From Kiritimatiellia bacterium (GTDB lineage Bacteria; Verrucomicrobiota; Kiritimatiellia; RFP12; UBA1067), in contig JAQIBS010000018.1 in assembly GCA_027858965.1 (NCBI GenBank), forward strand, positions 18,550-82,549: a stretch of 64,000 nucleotides of DNA. The letters run 5' to 3'. The notes beneath the pieces are model-generated. The model was not told the DNA's origin. It made no database searches and saw only the letters and a list, made by a program, of their open reading frames with translations. The position numbers and the translations under genes were made by a program. Below are positions 57,506-64,000 of the stretch, piece by piece; the stretch's first letter is position 1; every line of letters starts with the position of its first letter.

Positions 57506-58450
57506 TTAGATATCGTCAGGTACTTCAATTCTGATAGTACGTCCTTTTATATTTTGTATCTCATCTTCATTATGATCAAGATCGCTACCGTGCAAGGTTC
57601 CTTTGTCAGAGAAGAACGGAACTTCAAATCCAACTCCACAGGATGGGCAATCAGATGATGATCCTGCCATATCGGTCGGTGCCTCAATCTCCTGTTTGCA
57701 GTTTTTGCAGAAAAAGGAGATCATGCGTTTAGGTTCGGTCTTTCTTTCCTCTTCAATTCCGAGTGATGCCAGATCAATTCGAATGGTCTGGTTTTTGCTG
57801 GAATCACTCTTTGGCGGTTCATCGCCATTAAGAGGTTTGTCGTTTTTTTCTTCCTGCGGAGCAAAGGGTGTGTTAAGTGAAGGTACGGTTTTTTTGGCAG
57901 CTTGCGGCATGCTTATAACTGATTTAGGCTCTTCTTTCGGTTTGGGTAGCGGTCCGCCATGCATGGTTCCAGGTTCAGATTTGTCTGGGATTATAATGAC
58001 TGTGTTACAAACCGGGCACTCCGACTTAACTCCCACAGCACCCATGGGGGCTTCAATTTCCTGGCCGCATTTTTTGCATCTGAAGGACACAGCCTTACTG
58101 AAATCATCATATATATCCGGTTCCTTTTTTTCGGAGGGAAGGTAGGTAATTAAATTTTTCTGAGGTGGGGTTACAGCATTTTTTGCTTTTTTAATAGGAC
58201 GTGTTCTTAGAGCATCATGCGCAGCAATGAGAATTTTTTCTCCCGTTTGAGGATTTCTCATTTTGCGTTCTTTACGCCTTATTACGTCCATTCTGCATAA
58301 TCCCGGTACTGTAAAACCTTTATTAGATGCTTCTCGATATGCAATAAACTGTAGTGCATCCAATACGAACCGAGATTTTTTTTGCGTTAAGCCAACAGTA
58401 AAGGCAATTTCCCGAACAAGATCTTGTTTAGTATAACTTTTTGTAATCAT
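57506..58450 (-). CDS. HU/IHF-like DNA-binding domain fused to two zinc-ribbon repeats
   Basis: TKQDLVREIA...FTVPGL...RKERKMRNPQTGE; two CxxC.QEIEAP...CPxC...P...GTxHG repeats. Confidence 0.8.
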   Translation of the reverse strand: MITKSYTKQDLVREIAFTVGLTQKKSRFVLDALQFIAYREASNKGFTVPGLCRMDVIRRKERKMRNPQTGEKILIAAHDALRTRPIKKAKNAVTPPQKNLITYLPSEKKEPDIYDDFSKAVSFRCKKCGQEIEAPMGAVGVKSECPVCNTVIIIPDKSEPGTMHGGPLPKPKEEPKSVISMPQAAKKTVPSLNTPFAPQEEKNDKPLNGDEPPKSDSSKNQTIRIDLASLGIEEERKTEPKRMISFFCKNCKQEIEAPTDMAGSSSDCPSCGVGFEVPFFSDKGTLHGSDLDHNEDEIQNIKGRTIRIEVPDDI

Positions 58451-58612
58451 CAATAGCATCCCTGATTTGTTAATAAAATTATTTTTAAAGCAGGTTTCGT
58501 GCCATGGTATTTTTTCGGTGTAATAAAAGTGGCATGAATATTGCATAAATTGATGTTGTTTAAAACACATCTGATTCAATATTATTGTGAATAAAAATTT
58601 AAGGATAGTTTT

Positions 58613-59977
58613 ATGGCTGGAAAATTTTGGTTTGGAAAGAGAAAGATTGGGGATAACTCCAATCAATGCGTTAGTGAGGCGGATAAAAAATCTGTTGTCG
58701 GTAGTGCTGTGATTAACAATGCTGTTTTTCCAACGGGTTTGAATGGCGAAAATGATATCGCCGAAGATGCATCAGGTTCGAGTTTGAATGTAGTTAAGAA
58801 AAATGTTGAGTCTGTAAAGAAAAAGATAGTTGAAGAGAAAAAGATAGTTGAAGAGAATAAGATGGTTGAAAAAAGTATACCTTCGCCACAAATTCATGAT
58901 AAACTGGATCTGGATGAAAAGGAAATACCTGTGAATCTTTCAAAAAATAGTAATTTAAAATTTTCGACACGCTCAATTCCTGGAGTGATTGATGGTGGAA
59001 GATCGGATGGACATCCAGTCTTAACTCCAGTCCGTAAGTCAGCTTCAGCTGCTCCTGTAAAACTCAAAAGTGTTTCTGTAAGAAATAAAGAAAAAGAACA
59101 GAGTGTTAAAGTTCAAGCAATTAAACCAACTACTTCGGCATTAAAAGTGATCAATAAAGAGCATAAGCCGGTATCTAATGAAGATCAGCCCAAATTCGGA
59201 TTACATTTGCGCAACAAGGAGGCTCCTGAAACCATTAGTAATAAAGAAGAGCGTTCAGTTGCTTCGTTGGATTATATAAAACCAAAGAGTGATCAGAGAG
59301 TGCTTTATTACCAGCTGATGAACGGTCTGTATGATGCAGTGCTGGTTCTGGATGACCATGGTAATGTGGTTGATTGCAATGACAGGGTGCTTAAGGTTCT
59401 GGGGTACTCCCGTGAAGATGCATGGGACTTGCCGATTAATAAGGTTATCAAGGGAATGAACAGTCGGATGTTTGCTCATTTAAAGAGAAATCTGTCGGAG
59501 AGTAATCAAGTTTTGATTACGGCACGTTGCAATAAGAGAAGTGGAGATTCGTTTAAGGGGGAGATTGGCGTGAGCACACTTTCCCTGACCCGAGAGGATA
59601 ATGTTGTTTTTGCCATTAGAAATGTAGAGCAGAGAAAAAGTGTTATGGCGGAGTTACGTAAGTCTTCCTCTGCATTCGAAGTGGCTTTGGTACCGGCTTT
59701 TGCCTGTAATCTGGAGGGGTACTTCTCGGTTGTGAACCAGTCGTTAATTGACGCGTTTGGGATTCCTGATGACAAAGAGGCAAAAAAAGTGCGTATTATT
59801 GAAATTCTGCCTGATGCTGTCAGGGCGTTTGCAAAGTCTGTTACAGGCGAAAAGGTGCATGAAAAAATTGTTGTCTCCACCGCTGAAGGTCAACAGGTTC
59901 AGGCTGAAATTTCTTTTGCGCCTATTATGAATGGCAGAGAGATTACCGGAGTTGCCGGTTCTATACTGCAACTATAG
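58613..59977 (+). CDS. Tandem-PAS-domain protein with a long Lys-rich disordered N-terminus and no output domain
   Basis: DAVLVLDDHGNVVDCN...LGYSRE; second PAS AFACNLEG..VVNQ..FG. Confidence 0.75.
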   Translation: MAGKFWFGKRKIGDNSNQCVSEADKKSVVGSAVINNAVFPTGLNGENDIAEDASGSSLNVVKKNVESVKKKIVEEKKIVEENKMVEKSIPSPQIHDKLDLDEKEIPVNLSKNSNLKFSTRSIPGVIDGGRSDGHPVLTPVRKSASAAPVKLKSVSVRNKEKEQSVKVQAIKPTTSALKVINKEHKPVSNEDQPKFGLHLRNKEAPETISNKEERSVASLDYIKPKSDQRVLYYQLMNGLYDAVLVLDDHGNVVDCNDRVLKVLGYSREDAWDLPINKVIKGMNSRMFAHLKRNLSESNQVLITARCNKRSGDSFKGEIGVSTLSLTREDNVVFAIRNVEQRKSVMAELRKSSSAFEVALVPAFACNLEGYFSVVNQSLIDAFGIPDDKEAKKVRIIEILPDAVRAFAKSVTGEKVHEKIVVSTAEGQQVQAEISFAPIMNGREITGVAGSILQL

Positions 59978-60010
59978 TTGCTGTTCCGTCAACTTCTGCT
60001 ACAAAAAAAA

Positions 60011-60247
60011 GGGTCTTCCGCAGAATCTGTGGGTCAGAAAGTATTCCTGTGCCCCTGATTATGCTGAGGAGATTTGCGTGTAAGAGTAGGTGTACACGCA
60101 AATATCTCTTAATCTACGCCCAAAATATCTTGTTACGAGATAATCCTATACCATCACAACCGAGAAATACCGACAAAGACTACCGGAACACACGACATCC
60201 TGTGATCCGCAACGCCATATCTTGCCCATAGATTTAGCGGAAGAGGC
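60011..60247. mobile_element. ISL3-like MITE, 237 bp, imperfect 28-bp TIRs, 8-bp A-tract TSD
   Basis: Left end GGGTCTTCCGCAGAATCTGTGGGTCAGA vs right end (rc) GCCTCTTCCGCTAAATCTATGGGCAAGA (21/28); flanked by A8 on both sides; second partial copy at 9151-9298. Confidence 0.8.
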
Positions 60248-60421
60248 AAAAAAAATAAGAATGTAAGGAATCCGACAAGAGCTTGTAGCGTTATTTTTTC
60301 CATGAGGATGCCTTTTCGGGTGTCCTTTTTTATCTCTGTTTTGGACTCTTCTATATTGACAAGAGTAGGGCTTAAAAGAGACAATAAAACCCTATTTTTC
60401 AACTGTTTGTGGAGATTGAGG

Positions 60422-61741
60422 ATGTTAGACAGAATTAATGATTTTCTGAAGTTCAATGGTTTGGATGTTGCGGGGATTGACCGTGAAGAGTTGCTGCGTA
60501 CTTTTGATCAGGAGATGACAGCCGGTCTGAAGGGGGAAGCCTCATCTTTGGCGATGATTCCCTCTTTTATATCCATTGATAAAAAGGTCAGAATCAACCA
60601 GCCGGTTGTCGTGCTGGATGCTGGTGGAACGAATCTCCGTACAGCTGTGGTTGAAATGAATGAAAAGGGCGTATGTAATATTGGTGAGTTTAAAAAACGT
60701 TCCATGCCCGGTACGGAAGAGGAACTTAATAATGATGAGTTCTTTAAAGCTTTTGCCGACTTTGTTACGCCCAACCTGACTGTCTCTAATCCGACAGTAG
60801 GTTTCTGCTTCTCCTATGCCGCTGAAATTACCCCGGATTGCGATGCGAAATTGCTTTATTGGTCCAAACAGATTATGGCTCCGGGTATTGTCGGAGAGCT
60901 GGTTGGCAGGGGGTTGAGTAATGAACTGGAGAAAGAGAATATTTCGCGCAGGTTTATTATTTTGAATGATACGGTTGCTACGTTGCTTGCTGGTAAAAGT
61001 TCCGGGGTTTCGCATAGCTATTCCGCGTATGTTGGTTTTATCCTGGGAACCGGCACTAACACTGCTTATGTTGAGAGTAACGCCAATATAACTAAACGAT
61101 CTGATTTGCAAGTCGGTGGTTCTATGGTCATTAATGTGGAGTCCGGCGGCTTTAAAAACATTAAGCAGTGTCGCTTTGATACACTGCTTGATCAGCGCAC
61201 AAATGATCCTGGTTCGTACACATTTGAGAAGATGATATCGGGTGCCTATCTCGGTCTTCTAGGGAGCGTAGTGCTGATTGAATCTGCCAAGGCGGGACTT
61301 TTCTCGGCAGCGGCTGCTGAACGTATTCTCGGCTGGGATGGAGAGGGTGGTAATTGGCAGCCCGTTGCCAATGCCGACCTGGATGATTTCTGCGGTGATA
61401 AACCTGATGATGATAATCCTTTCCTGGACCCGTCGTTCAGCGATGCTGATCGCGAGATTGTTAAAGCTCTCTGTACTCCGGTTTATGAAAGGGCGGCTGT
61501 GCTTGCGGCTGTTAATATTGCCTCGGCCATTATTAAAACCGGTGCTGGAAAAGATCAGAAATCTCCGGTGTGCGTAAATGTTGATGGATCAACATATTAC
61601 AAAACTCTTGCCGCTGATTTTCAGCAGAGAGTGCAGAATGAGCTCAAGGATCTCCTGGAAAACCGAGACATTGCCTATGAACTTGTGCGTGTAGATGATT
61701 CTCCTGTTATAGGCGCAGCTGTTGCTGGTCTGATGGTATGA
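60422..61741 (+). CDS. Hexokinase (Hexokinase_1/2 family)
   Basis: Motifs LDAGGTNLR, GFCFSY, WSK, LNDTVATLL, ILGTGTN, INVESG, FEKMISGAYLG, DGS, GAAV. Confidence 0.92.
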   Translation: MLDRINDFLKFNGLDVAGIDREELLRTFDQEMTAGLKGEASSLAMIPSFISIDKKVRINQPVVVLDAGGTNLRTAVVEMNEKGVCNIGEFKKRSMPGTEEELNNDEFFKAFADFVTPNLTVSNPTVGFCFSYAAEITPDCDAKLLYWSKQIMAPGIVGELVGRGLSNELEKENISRRFIILNDTVATLLAGKSSGVSHSYSAYVGFILGTGTNTAYVESNANITKRSDLQVGGSMVINVESGGFKNIKQCRFDTLLDQRTNDPGSYTFEKMISGAYLGLLGSVVLIESAKAGLFSAAAAERILGWDGEGGNWQPVANADLDDFCGDKPDDDNPFLDPSFSDADREIVKALCTPVYERAAVLAAVNIASAIIKTGAGKDQKSPVCVNVDGSTYYKTLAADFQQRVQNELKDLLENRDIAYELVRVDDSPVIGAAVAGLMV

Positions 61742-62130
61742 TATATTTAAAAAATATTTTTGTCATGGTTGCTGCTTTGGGTGTGCTCTCTGCTTTGAGC
61801 TCTGCTGCGGACTCTGCTGTTTTAAAAGATTCAAAGGTGAAGCAACATCAGGATTATCGGAAATTTCAGCAGAATATCTTAAACTATGTTAGACAGGGGG
61901 TACCTCTTTTCTGGGCCTGTTTTGTTGGCAAGTACCCGGAAAATCCAGATCTTGGTATAAATGGAACTTTGGGGCATATACGTTTGGTTATTGGAATTAA
62001 TCAAAAATCAAAAGAGGTGATTTATTCAGATTCATGGGGGCCGCGTCATGCGTTGAAACGTATGCCGATGGATGATGCCTGGGCCATGACATTTGGGTTA
62101 ACTGTTTTGAAACCGCGTGATGTGCGTTAA
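61738..62130 (+). pseudogene. Signal peptide fused to the C-terminal half of a C39/papain-like peptidase (probable internal deletion)
   Basis: GVPLFW, GHIRLVIG and YSDSWG are present, but there is no upstream catalytic Cys region. Confidence 0.5.
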
Positions 62131-62192
62131 TGAGGAAGGACGAACCTTCCTTTTTTAAGAAATAGAGAAAAAATTTATTAGGAGTGATGATA

Positions 62193-63632
62193 ATGAGTGA
62201 TCAAAAAGTATCAATGGCTGATTTCGAGAACTTGCTGGATCAGCAGTTAACTAACTACCGTAATGGCTTTGACCCCGGAGAACGTGTTAAAGGGGTTGTC
62301 TCCGAGGTTAAAGGGGCATATGTAACTCTCGAGGTAAATGCCAAACGCGAAGGGCTGATTCCTGTTGAGGATATGTTGACCAGCGAAGGTGATGTTTGTG
62401 TGCAGATTGGAGATATCGTTGATGTGATTTTTGCCGGTATGCAGAATGGCGCATTTTTGTTTACCACCAAAATCAGTTCGAAATCAGTCGTAGAGCGGAC
62501 TTTAATGGATGCTTACGGCCGGCAGATGCCTGTTGATGGGAAGGTTGAAAAAGAGGTTAACGGAGGTTATGAGATCTCAGTGCATGGACAGCGTGCTTTC
62601 TGCCCTTATTCGCAGATTAATCTCTTCCGTCAGGATGATGCCGTCTATGTCGGTAAAAACTTTATGTTTATGATCTCTGAGTATGACCATGATGATCGCG
62701 GAACCAATGTGATTGTCAGTCGTCGTCAGCTGATGGAGAAAGAGCGCGAAGCGCAGCGTCTTGAGTTGATTGAGGATCTATTTGAGGGGATGATTGCTCC
62801 TGGTACCGTCACCCGTATCATGGATTTTGGTGTCTTTGTTGATCTTGGTGGAGCTGAGGGATTAATTCCGTTGAGAGAGATCTCCTGGTCGAGAGGGGCA
62901 AAAATTGAAGATATTATAAAACCTGGCGATAAAATTGAGGTGGCAATTAAATCTCTCGACTGGGATGCCAATCGGATTTCGCTGAGCTTGCGTGGAGCAC
63001 AGGGTGATCCATGGGATGATGTTGCTTCCAAATATCCAGTAGGGACTATTTGCAATGGTGTTATCACTAAAGTTGAACGCTTTGGTGCTTTTGCCGAGAT
63101 TGGTGATGGCGTGGAAGGTCTTATTCCTATTAGTAAGCTTGGTAATGGACGTCGTTTGATGTCCGCTCGTGAGGTTGTTAGCGAGGGACAGGAATTAGAA
63201 CTACAGGTGGATGAAATTGATCTGGAACGCCGTCGGATTAGTCTGAAGCCGGTTGATCGTCGTATTGAGGCTCTTGACCCCGGAAAACTTTCTGTTGGAA
63301 GTACGGTTGAGGGGCTTGTTGAGTCGATTCAACCCTTTGGTGTTTTTGTGCGCCTATCTGAAAGTAAAACAGGGCTTTTACATATCAGCGAATCCGGAGT
63401 TTCTAAAGGTGGGAATCCTGTGGCAAAGCTGGAACTGAGTTTTCCGCCATCAGATAAGATCAAGGTGGTGGTGAAGTCTGTCGAGGGAGACCGCATTTCG
63501 TTGACCACCCCTTCAATCTGGGAGAGCCGCGGTAGCGGTGATGATGAAGTTAAACTCTCTGATTGGAAGAAATCGCAGAGTGGTGGTTCGTTTGGCTCAC
63601 TCGGCGGTGCCTTCGATGGGTTGGGTCTTTAG
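62193..63632 (+). CDS. Second ribosomal protein S1-like protein (~5 S1 domains)
   Basis: AFCPYSQI, FGVFVDLGGAEGLI, FGAFAEI..GVEGLI, FGVFV...TGLLHISE; tail SFGSLGGAF. Confidence 0.85.
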   Translation: MSDQKVSMADFENLLDQQLTNYRNGFDPGERVKGVVSEVKGAYVTLEVNAKREGLIPVEDMLTSEGDVCVQIGDIVDVIFAGMQNGAFLFTTKISSKSVVERTLMDAYGRQMPVDGKVEKEVNGGYEISVHGQRAFCPYSQINLFRQDDAVYVGKNFMFMISEYDHDDRGTNVIVSRRQLMEKEREAQRLELIEDLFEGMIAPGTVTRIMDFGVFVDLGGAEGLIPLREISWSRGAKIEDIIKPGDKIEVAIKSLDWDANRISLSLRGAQGDPWDDVASKYPVGTICNGVITKVERFGAFAEIGDGVEGLIPISKLGNGRRLMSAREVVSEGQELELQVDEIDLERRRISLKPVDRRIEALDPGKLSVGSTVEGLVESIQPFGVFVRLSESKTGLLHISESGVSKGGNPVAKLELSFPPSDKIKVVVKSVEGDRISLTTPSIWESRGSGDDEVKLSDWKKSQSGGSFGSLGGAFDGLGL

Positions 63633-63716
63633 CTCAGTAGGGGTGCTTGCGCCCCGGATTTAGCTCAGTAGGGGTGCTTGCGCCCCGGATTTTGCTCAGT
63701 AGGGGTGCTTGCGCCC
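63628..63716. repeat. Three tandem 31-bp GTAG-REP units
   Basis: TTTAGCTCAGTAGGGGTGCTTGCGCCCCGGA x2 plus a partial third; internal palindrome GGGGTGC-TT-GCGCCCC. Confidence 0.9.
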
Positions 63717-63729
63717 TTAAATTTTACCC

Positions 63730-64000
63730 TTACATTTCAAAAAATGAGTCAATCAAATGCCGGGCGATACTAACCTTTGAGGGTATGCGAGGCAGCTCAT
63801 CTTTTGTGAACCATTGTGCCTCTGCAATCTCGTCACCGTCTGGTGTGATTTCGCCGGAGTCATACTCTGCGTAGAAGCCTACCATCAGGTTGTTAGGAAA
63901 GGGCCACTGCTGGCTGCTGATGTAACGAATGTTCCTGACCTTTAAACCGACCTCTTCAGTGATTTCCCGCTGCACAGCCTCTTCCAGAGGCTCTCCGGCT
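63730..64000 (-). CDS. nudC: NADH pyrophosphatase, 5'-partial
   Basis: Nudix box [17 protein letters not shown] and the [11 protein letters not shown] signature. Confidence 0.9.
   Translation of the reverse strand, partial: AGEPLEEAVQREITEEVGLKVRNIRYISSQQWPFPNNLMVGFYAEYDSGEITPDGDEIAEAQWFTKDELPRIPSKVSIARHLIDSFFEM

Noticed and set aside
63628..63716. Possible CRISPR array
   Set aside because: The units are directly adjacent with no unique spacers, no cas genes are present, and the GTAG+palindrome form fits REP.
1..64000. tRNA, rRNA, riboswitch or selenocysteine recoding
   Set aside because: No cloverleaf, rRNA or riboswitch consensus, or in-frame TGA at a catalytic position, was recognised by eye. 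An Infernal/tRNAscan run would be needed to exclude them.

Overview
This window is about 64 kb of bacterial DNA. Gene content suggests a PVC-superphylum organism, probably Kiritimatiellia or Lentisphaeria; this is an inference. The left ~42 kb is an accessory glycan-degradation and surface-protein region: autotransporter-associated beta-strand-repeat (PATR) proteins, GH31, GH29, GH5-like, GH42-like, GH141-like, GH16, GH39-like, a BNR sialidase-like protein, a XylR-type regulator and an SDR-MFS-dehydratase cluster. The right part holds metal/redox and housekeeping genes (hemerythrin, rbr, a CbiX/SirB-like chelatase, rpsA, tyrS, a second sialidase-like gene, nanA, hexokinase, a second S1 protein, nudC). 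Main candidate novelty: six ORFs from two unrelated protein families, apparently exported, all end in the same heptapeptide G-T-[LVMI]-I-[ILV]-[VI]-[RHQY]-stop. None has an autotransporter barrel or PEP-CTERM tail, which points to an uncharacterised C-terminal sorting or anchoring signal. Other points: (1) a family of intergenic elements with conserved ends but interchangeable tandem-repeat hairpin cores; (2) a duplicated XylR-like operator; (3) an ISL3-like MITE with an 8-bp target duplication; (4) several genes hit by clean internal deletions; (5) an HU-double zinc-ribbon fusion; (6) an unrecognised ~190-aa repeated domain. No rRNA, tRNA or CRISPR array was recognised.
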